A DNA stretch of 64,000 nucleotides from Octopus sinensis (taxonomy: Eukaryota). The stretch is taken from positions 27,652,001-27,716,000 of the forward strand of contig NC_042998.1 of assembly GCF_006345805.1 (NCBI RefSeq). Reading direction: 5' to 3'. This document shows, one piece after another, positions 1 to 11,736 of the stretch. The first letter of the stretch is position 1, and every line of letters begins with the position of its first letter. The notes beneath the pieces are model-generated. The model worked only from the letters and a program-made list of their open reading frames with translations. It did not search any database and had not been told where the DNA came from. A program made the position numbers and the translations under genes.

Positions 1-467
1 TATTAAATTATATGTATGAGAGGAAATATATTCTTTGTAAGATTGATGTCTACCATTGGTTGGAAAAGAAAGCACTCCCAAGAAACCAATAGATCTAGTA
101 TTATCTGAATCCATTCTTAATCTGAATAGAATATAAACTAGATGGCTCTTTGGCTGAGAGTTTTGCTCCTGCTTAAAGAAGTTAAGAGATGAATAGAACT
201 AGAGTATACAAGGCAATACTTACCAGAACATCTCATATACGACTTCGCAGGAAATAGAATTATATGTATAGAGTATATTTCCAGAGGGGAAAATATTTCC
301 TATAATACATGCTTTATTGTTTGGTAAGCACAAAGTTTGTATATTGAAAACGTCATGCAAAAAAATAAGATGGCTGCTGGAAATAATAATCAAATCTCCC
401 TTAAATCTCATCATAACGAGTTAAAAAAAAAAGGAGACGTTGATAATATATTAAATACATTAAGCAT

Positions 468-806
468 GTGAAAGCGCATGGCTCAGTGGTTAGAGCGTCG
501 AGCTTACGATCGTGAGGTTGTGAGCTCGAATCCCGGACCGGGCTGCGTGTTGTGTTCTTGAGCAAAACACTTTATTTCACGTTGCTCCAGTTCACTCAGC
601 TGTAGAAATGAGTAGCGACGTCACTGGTGCCAAGCTGTATCGACCTTTGTCTTTCCCTTGGATAACACTGGCGGCGTGGAGAGGGGAGGCTGGTATGCAT
701 GGGCGACTGCTGGTCTTCCATAAACAACCTTGCCCGGACTTGTGTCTAGGAGGGTAACTTTCTAGGTGCAATCCCATGGTCATTCATGACCGAAGGGGGT
801 CTTTTA
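468..806 (+). mobile_element. tRNA-derived SINE, family C (head C + tail Y)
   Basis: A-box-like TGGCTCAGTGG and B-box-like GCTCGAATCCC. The body GTTGTGTTCTTGAGCAAAACACTTTATTTCACGTTGCTCCAGTTCACTCAGCTG recurs inverted at 44.8 and 62.1 kb. Confidence 0.85.
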
Positions 807-1382
807 CATTAAGCATGGAAAAAAAAAAGGATCTAGCCTTTGATCGTAAGTCTGACTTTGAGCTAAAATCAATAATGGCAGCATCTTTGGATCTGACCAC
901 AAGTTCTTGTAGTTTAGTTCGATTTCAATTCTGACGAAGCTAATTTATGCTCAAAGACATTCCAGCCGCGACCATCTTGTATTTTTTTAGATGTATAGGA
1001 TTAATTAGTTTTATATATTTTCCACTTTTAAGGCAGTAGCGTGTGATTCGAGGAAGATTTAACTTCTATGTTTAGCAGGTCGTGCAACTACGTACATCCA
1101 ACCTTAGTGGCTCGTTGTAACTATCTAATGAATAATTGTCAAATCATACATGGAAGACGTCCGTATGGAAATTAGTAAACGAATGAACAATAAGATTAAA
1201 TACCGAGGCAAAAAAAATGTATAAGAGAATGTATTGCATCTGGTTCTCTGTGAATGTGCGAGAATGTAACTACATTCGAGTTTGTTTAGTAAAAAAGTGG
1301 TTAAAACTTGAAGTGACCGGAGTTTGGAGCGGGAATCCAGATTGTTTATATAGGCATATATATTGTATTTTTTTTTATGCGT

Positions 1383-1682
1383 CCTTTTCAAGCCTAGCCA
1401 GGCTTATGGGCCCGGTTTCCCAGTTTCTGTGGCGTATGTGTTCCCCCCAGCTGGACGGGACGCCAGTCCATCGCAGCGTTATTCAAGAAACAGGAAGAAA
1501 GAGCGAGAGAAAGTTAGGGCGAAAGAGTACAACAAGGTCGCCACCCCCACTCCTGCTTGAGCCTCGTGGAGATTTAGGTGTTTTCGCTCAATAAATACAC
1601 ACAACGCCCGGTCTGGGAATCGACACCGCGATCCTCCGACCGCGAGTCTGCTGCCCTAACCACCGGGCCATTGCGCCTCCAC
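1383..1682 (-). mobile_element. tRNA-derived SINE, family D (head D + tail X)
   Basis: Reverse complement starts GTGGAGGCGCAATGGCCCGGTGGTTAGGGCAG, matching the + copy at 17908. Its tail is shared with the copies at 44.7 and 62.0 kb. Confidence 0.85.
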
Positions 1683-1796
1683 GCATATATATTTACTTAA
1701 AGTGTATTATTTCTAGTTTATGAGATAACTGGTTACGAATGCATGGATCAATAAATTGCAAAATGTTAAGCAATGTGTAAATAATATTTAAAAGAA

Positions 1797-2008
1797 AGAA
1801 GGTGGCAGAATTGTTAGCGTATCGGACAAAATGCTTTGCGGTATTTCATCCGTTTTTGTGTTCGAAGTTCGAATTCCACCGAAGTCGACTTTGTCTTTCA
1901 TGCTTTTGATGTCAATAAAATAAGCACCAGTCGAGCACTGGGGTCGATGTAATCGACTTAACCTTTACCCTGACTTGCTGTTCTTGTGCCGAAATTTGAA
2001 GCCAATAT
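1797..2008 (+). mobile_element. SINE family B (diverged)
   Basis: TGGCAGAA...GTTCGAATTCC...GTCGACTTTG..TTTCAT motif shared with more than 10 copies in the window. Confidence 0.8.
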
Positions 2009-2346
2009 TTAAAAGAAAGAACAGATAGTGAAAGAAGAGGAATCAAAACCAGGATACATACATAGAATAAGCTAAAAGGGATTTTCACCTCAGATGAAAA
2101 GTCCTGGTTCCAAAATACGTTCCAAAATTTAGCAAAAGATGCACTCTCGCACCCCAGGATAATGTAGGCATAAAATTAGTATGTTTAAGTAATCTAGTTG
2201 TTATGTTGAAGTCGTAAAGGTTACGAATCGCCGGAACCGTCAGAGCGTCGGAGGAAATATATTTCCGTATTTGTTCTAAGTTCAAATCCCGTCGAGGTCA
2301 ATATTACCTTATATCCTTCGAGGGTCGACAAAATAAATTACCAATA

Positions 2347-2508
2347 GGCGTAGGAGTGGCTGTGTGGTAAAAAGTTGGCTTCACAACGACATGGTTCTGG
2401 GTTCAGCCCCACTGCGTGGCACATTGGACAAGTGTCTTCTACTATAAGCCTCGGGCCGACCAAAGCCTTGTGAGTGGATTGGTCGACGGAAACTGAAAGA
2501 AGCCCGTC

Positions 2509-2565
<57 letters not shown>

Positions 2566-2567
2566 TA
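2347..2567 (+). mobile_element. SINE family A, left half ending in (TA)n
   Basis: GGCGTAGGAGTGGCTGTGTGG...GGACAAGTGTCTTCTACTATA...GAAAGAAGCCCGTCG followed by (TA)n. The right half is absent. Confidence 0.85.
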
Positions 2568-3334
2568 TTGACTACATTGATAGCATTAATTTTTCATAGG
2601 TTTACTTTAACTGTTGTTAAGTCATATTAGATGCAACAGAAATTTCTATTGGAATATAAAGAAAGCATTACTCTTGAGCAATGTCAATAGTCTCAACTAA
2701 ACGAACATAGGATATTCTATTATTAAATGCATTAAGATGTCCTGGCCGAGTCACACATTAAGCAAACTGTGATCGCTTCGAGCGATACAAATCTTAGGAT
2801 GTCATACAAATTCTAAACAGTTTAGACAAAGATTTTTAATCCAACCAAAACAGCAAAAACTTAGGAATTATGAGCGGATAAGATCATACTAGAACACAAG
2901 ATGAAGAACAAAAGTTGGTTGGCCTTTGCAGACGAGAATGCAGAATGGTTTTAATAACAGGTGAAAAGATTTAGTATGGAATACTTTCTATTTTGCGAAA
3001 AGACAGATTCATTTGGTGATCATAGAGACTGTATATTTTCGTTTGTTTGAAAGATAATTACAATTTTTTCTACTGCATTTATCAGTAGAAAGATATGATA
3101 GCTAACCCTAACCCTAACAACTGGAGAGGGACACATATTGTAGGGCTTTGAAAAAGGTGCGCACTTTGAAGGAATGGGACACATTCTACGGCCAGGGGAA
3201 GCGGGTGCACGCTGTAAGACTAAAGAAGGGATGTATGTTGTAGGGTTTGGAGAGGATGTATACGCTCCCGGGTCAGTGGAAGTGAAGGAACATTATAGTG
3301 GTGCGAAAATGGGAACACATTGCAGAGCAATATG

Positions 3335-3760
3335 CGAAGAAGGGGACATATTACCGTGCAAGCGCCTGCAATTCTTTTATCCAATTCAGTTTCTTGCTTC
3401 CGATCGTTCGTGAATACTTCTGTTCCACTAACACGCAGACTGCATTGGAAAACTTTCTTGAGAGGAGTCTCAGTCTTCGCAACACTAATTCTCATCCCTG
3501 CCTTGCAGCACTTAGCAGTGAATCCTTTGGCATGCTAAAAATCCCCTTTTGATGATCCAAGTAGCAACATATCCGCAAATATCATACCACCGATCCTACA
3601 CCAACCGATTATGATGCCACTTCCATTGCGGTTGCGCATGTCAATCCAGTTCATAAAAGTTATGAAAAGGAGAGGTGACAGTACGTACTCCTGTCAAAAT
3701 CGATCATCCACGTTAAAAGCTTTCGTCTTAGCACCGTTTTTCCCGAAAACAAAACATCTG
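3335..3760 (-). pseudogene. RTE-clade LINE reverse transcriptase fragment (downstream part)
   Basis: Minus strand translates, with disruptions, as ...NGAKTKAFNV..*QEYVLSPLLFITFMNWID...GMIFADMLLL...GMRISVAKTE...ELDKRIAGAC. These match RT motifs of the GxxQGxxLSPLLF, LFADD and MKISxxKTE type. Confidence 0.8.
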
Positions 3761-3926
3761 AGCAGGTCTTCGAAAACTCGTGAGGATATTGCCTAGAACT
3801 GTACCCTTGCTTTGTAGACCTCGATAAGGCATATGAACGTATGCCGCGAGACATACTGTGGAAGGTTTTGCTGGAGTTTGGGATTAATGGGCAACTTCTG
3901 GATATGAAGTTGTTACGAGAGAGCAA
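3760..3926 (+). pseudogene. RTE-clade RT fragment (upstream part, inverted relative to 3335-3760)
   Basis: Plus strand gives EQVFENS*GYCLELYPCFVDLDKAYERMPRDILWKVLLEFGINGQLL, matching the FVDLEKAYD motif. Confidence 0.8.
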
Positions 3927-4377
3927 TGGTTATAAGGCAGTTATAGATATGCAGACACCAAATAGACCAACTTATAGTATAAAATTATTATAAATAAGCG
4001 GATATTAAGAGAAATAACCAGAAATTGTAAGATTTGATGCTTGTTAAGATTGAAGATTTCTTTTCGATGATGTATGTTGATTATAAGTAAAGGAAGCCTA
4101 GGACTACATATGTCTATTGACTGTGCCTTGGCACTTCGGAAAATTTTACCAGGTGCTCAGTGGTTCCTGATGTTTCACTGAAGCCTAAAATATTAATTTT
4201 TTAAGAGGTAAAAAACCCTCAGATTTGTTCGATCTGTAAAGCTGATTGTATCGATCTCTAGTACTTGAGGGCTTCTTATTTTATGAAGCATGAAATGTTG
4301 AACAAACTTCAGATAAGTCATACATTTAAATTAAATTCAGTTTGATAATTCTTTGCTCTTCCACATTACTCTGTAAG

Positions 4378-4872
4378 GTTGCATAGGTCCGGTTTCTCTA
4401 GGGCACATATTTCTCCCTGGACGGGACGCCCTAGGATTACTCATTCTTGCCGGCCGAGTAGACTGGAGTAATGTGAAATGAAGTGTCTAGCTCAAGAACA
4501 CAACACATGGATCTTTACCTTTTGACCGAAAGATTTAAAAAATAATTTTTTGTAACTAAACACTTTGAAACTTCCTATACTTGTAGAATGTGTCACATAA
4601 AACACCTTTTACTCTTGGCGTTGTTGAGAAAATTCTGTATTTTGGAAGTTATTTCTTGTTAAAGCTGTCGTATTTCTGTAATTTCAACCAATCAATGACG
4701 TGTATTCAGCTGAATAAAAATTACTGCCGTTGTTTGTCAACGTATACGAAGTTTCAAAGTGTTTAGTTACAAAAAATTATTTTTTAAATCTGTCGGTCAA
4801 AAGGTAAAGATCCCAACACATCGACTAGTCCAGGAATGGAAATCACAGTCTTGCCATCATGAGTCCAACACA
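4378..4872 (-). mobile_element. SINE family C/X copy interrupted by a MITE
   Basis: GGACGGGACGC...GAAATGAAGTGTCTAGCTCAAGAACACAACACAT resumes after 4813 as CAACACATCGACTAGTCCAGGAAT, matching the 44.7 and 62.0 kb copies. Confidence 0.7.
4509..4813. mobile_element. MITE with ~65-70 bp TIRs and an 8-bp TSD (Merlin-like termini)
   Basis: TIR GGATCTTTACCTTTTGACCGA(A/C)AGATTTAAAAAATAATTTTTTGTAACTAAACACTTTGAAACTTC at both ends. TSD CAACACAT at 4501-4508 and 4814-4821. Confidence 0.9.
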
Positions 4873-5666
4873 TATGTGTCTCCACATAATAATAGGTTAG
4901 GTGAATCAAAAAATAAATCTTCGGTATGTAGACCATGTCGTTTCCTTCTTCTTAACCGAAATGTATGTTTTATACATTTTTGCTAGTTATAAGCGTTTTA
5001 TTTCTGCCACGTCCAGCATATAACTTAATTATTTTTCCTATTGTTCTACTTTTGATCTATGTTCAAAAAGAATCACATTTATAGTTGAATAAAGACACAT
5101 GTCTATAAGACTGAACAACAGTTAAAGCAAAATGTTTCTATCCGGTCGATGGTCGATAGTTCAAGCTGACATACCCGTCAATTTAACCTATGACAGATAA
5201 AATACTGTAACTGAAGCAGTTAATCCATTAGAGGTTTCCTACGTATTTCTTTACTTTAATCACTCTATTACATCAGAAAACATTACATTCATCCCGACGT
5301 CTCCGCCCAGTTGATAGAACCATTTTATGTTATACCCACATCAGATTGTTGCTATAGACACGCTACAATATCTTCTATTGATCGATTATTGTTATGGAAA
5401 CTAATGAATTCTAGCAAGTGTAACATCTGAAAATGAAATTAAAATTCTGCTTTATTCGCAGCTTTTAGTGATTACGTGTCTGGTGAATAATTAGCGCGGT
5501 CCTTAGAGCGGTGTTCAATCCATAAAATTATTTGACTACGTCAAATGTTATAATAGTGATTACAGCAGCGACTGTAGTGGTCGCTATAATAAGTGTAAAA
5601 CAGAAAGATGGGCTGTGACTTTATGACCAGTTTTGATTTATTCAAAGGAACATTTTTTTACAGTTA

Positions 5667-6059
5667 CTAGTAGTATCGCCCGGCGTTGCTCGGGTTTGTT
5701 TCGACCATTTAGAATTGGAATTTTTGAAAAGTAAAAAGTTTGCATTATATACCTTGTTATTCTCTTTAAGTGAACATTTTTCTTGTTGAAATACACCAAA
5801 AAATGGTGACACAGCAGTCAAAAAATCGTAAAAAAATAGGGATTTTCATAGACCCCCCCCCTTTCTTTTTGATGTAAATAATTTTTGGTGTTAACATGGT
5901 CCGATTTGAATTTTTTCTTCTACGGAAGGAAAAGCAAGCCTTCTTCTATCATATTCTCAATTTTGGTCAACTTGCGCTGCAGGGTCTCGGAGGAGAAAGT
6001 GTTAGTTGAAGGCTACCAAACCTGCCATACACATACAACTTCAGCTTTATATATAGAGA
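5667..6059 (-). mobile_element. Non-autonomous Helitron, subfamily alpha
   Basis: On the minus strand: 5' TC(TC)TATATATAAAG, and 3' hairpin CCCGAGCAACGCCGGG followed by CTAG. Inserted between A and T with no TSD. Confidence 0.85.
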
Positions 6060-6527
6060 TTCTATGCAAGGAATTGAGATACAAGTACTATTTTTTTAAA
6101 TATTATTCATATGACGATATCGATGAACCAACGCAACAGCCACGCTTTACTTCCCCATTGGATATTATGTCCGGTAGCTAAGAAATTTATCTTCGCTTTG
6201 TTAGGTATATCACATAATCAATAGTAATTTTTCCTTATGTTAAAAAAGAAAATCGTTAAGCAGCTAGGAATAGATTATTTCAGAATAAATCGCCAGTGAA
6301 CCGTCGTTCCATTCTAAACTGTTCTTTTTTATTAAATTCATTCATTCAAAAAACAGTCTATGAATTATTCATATGAAAAGGAATTATTTACTGTTTAATA
6401 CTAAGTAATGGAGTGTAGCACTCTGTCGAAAGATAGCGACTGAAACTTATTCTGAAATAAGTTTAGAAATTTTAGTTTTTTTTTCCATAAATATATTAAA
6501 ATATTCATATCTTAATACCATCGTCCG

Positions 6528-6600
6528 TGTCGTCGTCGTCGCCGCCACCGCCGCCGTCTTCTTCATCATCATCAACAACAACAATAACAGCCACAACAAC
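6528..6600. repeat. Compound trinucleotide microsatellite (GTC/GCC/CTT/CAT/AAC)
   Basis: Direct reading of the sequence. Confidence 0.85.
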
Positions 6601-6729
6601 GATATTAAGTGATATTAGACGTTAGAAGTGGTCCTCTAACTGGAACTTTATATAACATCCAGTTTTAATTTACATGGTAACTCTTTGCGGCAAATTCCTT
6701 CCTGTTATTAATTATCAACGTCGGGTGAA

Positions 6730-6995
6730 AGCCACACATTTTGGAGAAGTGTGTTATCGATTATATCAACTCCAGTATTTGAATGATGCACTAATTTATC
6801 GATGAAGAAAGGCTGAAAGGCAAGGCTGATCTTGATGTAATCTAAACCTAGAATATAAAGGTGCACGAGGGCGGCGAGCTGGCAGAGTGGTTAGCATGCT
6901 GGGAAAATGCTTAGTGGTATTTTGTCTGTCGTTATGTTCAGAGATCAAATGCAGCCAAGGTCGAGTTTGCTTTTTGTGGCCTTTTTCCAAAATTT
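6730..6995. mobile_element. SINE family B fragments (minus fragment then plus head)
   Basis: GAAAGGCAAGG motif followed by GGCGGCGAGCTGGCAGA. Confidence 0.6.
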
Positions 6996-7080
6996 GAAAC
7001 CAATATGAAGGGGCATTATTAAAGAACTTACGGAATTTCTTTTTTCGAACCAAACAATTCTGTCAATTCAACACCCTTCG

Positions 7081-7423
7081 TTACCTCCGCCCTAGCGGAG
7101 GTTTGGTTGTTGTCCATAGACAAGATATCTCAAGAACTGCTGAATGGATTTGGATGAAACTTTCAGGGATGTTTGGCCTCGTGACTGGCACGGATTGATT
7201 AGATTTTGGGATCGATCCGGTATCGGACAAAGGTTCTGAATTATTTTACTGATTTTTAAAACGTAATTTTTGAGAGTGGTTGGGTTCATTTTTAGTATTC
7301 TCGTTTGTGAGAGCAGTCGAGTTTCTTTCAGATATTCTCGTTTTAAAAATCATCTTTGGCTAATCGCTGAGAGGATGTCGGTATTGCTTTGGCCGAGGTT
7401 TGCGCTCTCTGAGTGCTCTTGTT
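7081..7423 (+). mobile_element. Helentron-associated (HINE/DINE-like) element, copy 1
   Basis: 5' subTIR TTACCTCCGCC with an adjacent inverted copy GCGGAGGT, 3' subTIR GGCCGAGGT, terminal hairpin GCGCTCTCTGAGTGC and a T-rich end. Confidence 0.7.
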
Positions 7424-7433
7424 ATTATTATTA

Positions 7434-7816
7434 TTAGCTCCGCCTTAGCGAAGGCAGAGGTATTGTTTTCAGTTGTGTTTGTTTATTCGTGAACAAGATA
7501 TCTCAAGAACCGCTGGATGGGTTCGGATGAAACTTTCAGGGATGTTTGGCCTCGTGACTGGCACAGACTGATTAGATTTTGGGATCGATCCGGTACCGGA
7601 CAAGGATTCTGGATTATTTTCCTGAATATATTTTAATTAATTTTTGAGAGCTGTCGGATTTATTTTTAGTATTCTCGTTTGTGAGAGAATTCAAGTTTAT
7701 TTCAGATATTCTCGTGTTAAAAATCACCTCCGGCTAATCGCTGAGAGGACGTTGATGTTGCCTCTGGCTAATTATTGACAGGACGTTGAGGTTTGCGCTC
7801 TCTGAGTGCTCTTGTT
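7434..7816 (+). mobile_element. HINE/DINE-like element, copy 2 (tandem)
   Basis: Same body and same GAGGTTTGCGCTCTCTGAGTGCTCTTGTT end as copy 1. Confidence 0.7.
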
Positions 7817-7920
7817 TATAATGTTTTTTTAAATTTAGGTATAGGGCCAGTAATTTCAAGAGGAGGGGATTAGTCGATATCATCGATCTCGATATTTGAT
7901 CGGTACTTTATTTTATCTTT

Positions 7921-8322
7921 TGTTTGTTTCAGTCATTAGACTACGGCCATGCTGGGGCACCACCTTGAAGAATTTTAGCCGAACGAATCGACGACTGTAC
8001 TTATTCTTTTTTAAAGCGTGGAACTTATACCAGTGTTCTCTTTTTGGTGAACCCCCTAGGTTACACGGACGTAAACAAACCAATACCGGTTGTCAAGCGG
8101 TGGTGGAGTACAAGCACAGACACAAAAGGCACACACGCACACGCGCGCGACGGGCTTCTTTCAGTTTCTGTGTACCAAATCCACTCAAAAGGCTTTGATC
8201 TGTTCGACGCTGTAGCACAAGATATTTGCCCAGAGTGCACATGCTCTGGCACTGTGGAATTGAACCCGGAAACTTGTGGCTGAGGAGCTGACTTCTTACA
8301 ACATAGCCTCACCTGCACCTGC
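7921..8322 (-). mobile_element. SINE family A (diverged, full length)
   Basis: Both halves are recognisable around a CA-rich spacer. Confidence 0.75.
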
Positions 8323-8569
8323 TAACTTGTTATTACACAGTTACAACAGCGCTTGCTTATAATTCAATTTTATATTCATTGCTTAATTGACGCTAGAGCG
8401 TTGTATGACACATTCAGGCACTCTGAAGGTTTTATATACATCCTACAGGTTTCGAGTTTTATGATGGCTCCAGACACATAACAAATAGTTTACCATTACT
8501 TTATGATGCTCGTTACTTCGACATACAATGCTTTTGATGCAATTTCTGTACTGTACCGTCGTCATTTAA

Positions 8570-8765
8570 ATTAATCCGTACGTCTGCATACTTATCCAAT
8601 GACATTTTACACAATATTTATTTTTACACACATACGTACATACATACATGCATGCATACATGCATGCATGCATATATACATACATACATGTATGCATACA
8701 TACATACATACATACATACATGCATGCATGCATACATACATACATACATACATACATACATACAT
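8570..8765. repeat. (TACA)n/(TGCA)n microsatellite
   Basis: Direct reading of the sequence. Confidence 0.95.
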
Positions 8766-9216
8766 AAGATCAGTGAAAAAGAGAATATCTACGCTGAACT
8801 ATTGAAAAATCTGCAGTTGCTCTATCCAGATCACAAGTTCAGGTTTATACCTGTAATTATTGGGGTCCTGGGATTTGTAACACACTGCCTAAATACCAAT
8901 CTTGAGATATTAGGCTTCTCAAAACCAGAAACGAGACAGCTAATTCGAAGACTACAGATCAAATCCATTTCTGAAGCTGTAAAAATCTGTAAGACCTACT
9001 TGAAATTTATCATTTAAATATATATGAGCATGTTTAGATATGCAGCTATATGCATGAGAATACATACATAAAGCAAAACATACAAATCTGCACTTATGCA
9101 TAGATACATACGTACATACATACATGATGTTGAAATTCCAATGAAGGAGCCTTGAATCTAGGTTAGAAACCAGTTCTTTCTCTATTGGTAAGAAATCTTG
9201 AAATAAAACTGAACAA
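8766..9216 (+). mobile_element. 5'-truncated R4/Dong-like non-LTR retrotransposon (RLE C-terminus + 3' UTR)
   Basis: 8768-9017 reads KISEKENIYAELLKNLQLLYPDHKFRFIPVIIGVLGFVT...LQIKSISEAVKICKTYLKFII*. Close match to 63830-64000. AATAAA lies near 9202. Confidence 0.8.
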
Positions 9217-10706
9217 TGTCATGCATACATACATGCATACATTTATACACATACACACGTATATCTAAAATTACGTAGAAATATACAAATACTCACATAT
9301 ATAAGTAGGTATATATCCATAAAATTTATGCATATACGTACAGAAACACACGCATACAGACACTTTTACAAATAAATTTTGAAGGTCCACAAAGAATTTT
9401 AAAAAAAATCGAAACAAAAGGAAACGGCTGTATCTAACTGTATTAAATAAGAGTTTGATACAGAAGAGAAGCAAACTTTGGATGTAAATATAAAATGTGA
9501 TTTAGCATTAAGTTATCTAAAATTGTCTTTTATGAAATAAAGCAATTTAAAAAAAATACAAACACAATAGCAGAGGGGAACAGAAATGATGTGAAATGTA
9601 ACGTCGTGGTTAACCGATGCAACGGAAACGACTGATATCACATTTGAAGAAACCGTATTGGATGAAAAAAATATAAAATTGAGTTTTACTGAACCGGGAT
9701 TTAATGGAATTAGAAAAAAGCCTAAAATGTTACAAAACACAGTAGAATTCGGACAGAATGCGAGTTAAGTGAAACATTCGTCCAGAAAAACAAATACAAG
9801 CCTAAAGATTTATCGAGTTAGAAGCACTGAAAAACAGCCAGGAATCAGGCAACATAACAACACATGAAAAAGAACAGTTGAAAAGACTAGTAACGTTAAG
9901 ATTCAATACATTTCAGTGAATAGTTTTAAAAAAGTACCTTAAAGTACTTAATCCATTAGGAAGTAAAAAGTCAGCAAACTAGCAAGAGCACTGATGCGTG
10001 TCTGCAAGAATTCAGTAATTCTGATTCAAAGCAAATTCGTTCTGAAAAAAAGAATGGAGTATTTCTTGCTGAAACGCATAGACCAACGTTTTGAATTTAT
10101 TCGTCCATCTTATTTTTCCTACCTGTTTGCATTTGTATGCTTATACGCATATAAACATAAACACATATAATACAATATATATATGTGTGTGTGTTACTGT
10201 AATTTCGTTACGCCTCTGATATCAAAGGTTTCCTACTGGTAAAGATCAACATTTTTCAATAAGAGAAGTAAAAAAAAAAAAATTCTATTATAAAGAATTG
10301 TTTATCCACTCTTCTGGGATTGAGTACTCATTCTTCTAGTTCGTTGCTAACGTAATTGCTTTAAATATAGATTTATTAAGCCCGACAGAACAAGTAAGAG
10401 TACTTGGTACACGTATATTAAACACGATTTTACATAAAGGAAAAAGGAAATCTCCATAATCCCTCTTATATGCGACAATCACACATCGTTTATCATCAAA
10501 CGGTTTAATAACAGCAGTAAGTTCATTCAGTTAGATATCAATGTTTTTCATATTTTTCAGTGGTATGGGCTTAAGATGGAAACTGGACTTTGAGAAACTA
10601 TTAAATGTAGTACTTACTAAAAGTCAAATGAGAAAGTCTCCTCTATTAGCAAATACTCCAACCATCTTCCGAACATAATTTAGAATTCAATTTCAGTATT
10701 CTTTTA

Positions 10707-10800
10707 TTCTTCTACTTGTTTCAGTCATTTGACTGTGTCCATGCTGGAGCACCGCCTTCAGTCGAGCAAATCGACCCCAGGACTTATTCTTTGTAAGCCT
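10707..10800 (-). mobile_element. SINE family A 3' fragment
   Basis: CTTGTTTCAGTCATTTGACTG..CCATGCTGGAGCACCGCC. Confidence 0.8.
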
Positions 10801-11736
10801 ATATATATATATATAGTTCTAGATGGACTATAAATAGAAAGAGAAGTTGAACCAGGAAAATTGTATGGTTTAATCCAAGTTTCAATTTTAATATAATGTC
10901 TAGCATAAGATAATCCGGTTTCGTCTCACGGAAGTTCTTTAGGGACTTGGCTATTAGGGACTTGGCTAGGGACTTGGCTTCAACCGAATTACATAAAAAG
11001 TTAGCGGTTCTTGTGAAACTTTTACTACTCCTCTTTAACACTTAAATGTTAAAAAAACTCTCAGATAATAATACTCACCTTCTTACATATGATTATATGC
11101 ACTGTTAACTGTGTATCACTGTCAATTACTTGGTCAAAGGAATAGAATACTGTACGAAGACAGATTGACAATATCTCCATGTGTGAACGTGCTGATGATT
11201 ACGGAAATTTTACTTGCTGTTATATATGCCTACAAAGATTTTTTTAACAAGTCCGTGTATATCGGATTTTTGAAGCAATCCAGCACAGCTCACTTTAAGG
11301 AACGTGTAAGGCAATACAAACGTCAGCCTGACCGTATTTCAGTGAGCTTCTTGTTGCGTTTGAGCGAGAGATTTACCGTTCGTTTTCAGAATGAATTTAC
11401 TTTGCTTTCCAATTTCCTATTGTGTAATGGATGAAGAATTCTAAAGAACTTTTTATTCGCTTCTCTGAAATATATTGATTCTTAGGGTTATCCGCTTTTT
11501 GAAATCTTTCCTTTTATCAGTTGTCAAGTTGCATGCTTCCTGAAAATATTCCAAGAGCTCGATCTTTTTGCACTTGCTTTTGGTTTTGACAACAGCATTC
11601 CTATTTTAATTTGTATTCTCTCAAGTGTAGCGTCAGCTATGGCTGTTGTGTCGTTTTGGCGATAACGTTAGAATTTTCATAGTTTCTTGTGTTCTTCCTT
11701 TGCAATTATATTCTATTTAAAAAGAATTATTTTTTC

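Noticed and set aside
468-545. tRNA-like sequences at SINE heads (also 17908, 12973 and 12242)
   Set aside because: A and B boxes are present, but each continues into a multi-copy SINE body and lacks a proper acceptor stem, so they are not tRNA genes.
3102-3118. Telomere-type repeat (CCCTAA)
   Set aside because: Fewer than three units, with no other telomeric or subtelomeric signature.
11079-11685. 107-aa plus ORF, a hydrophobic plus-strand exon-like piece (11521-11665) and a minus mini-exon (11079-11149)
   Set aside because: The candidates conflict on opposite strands, have no recognisable motif, and are consistent with chance in AT-rich DNA.
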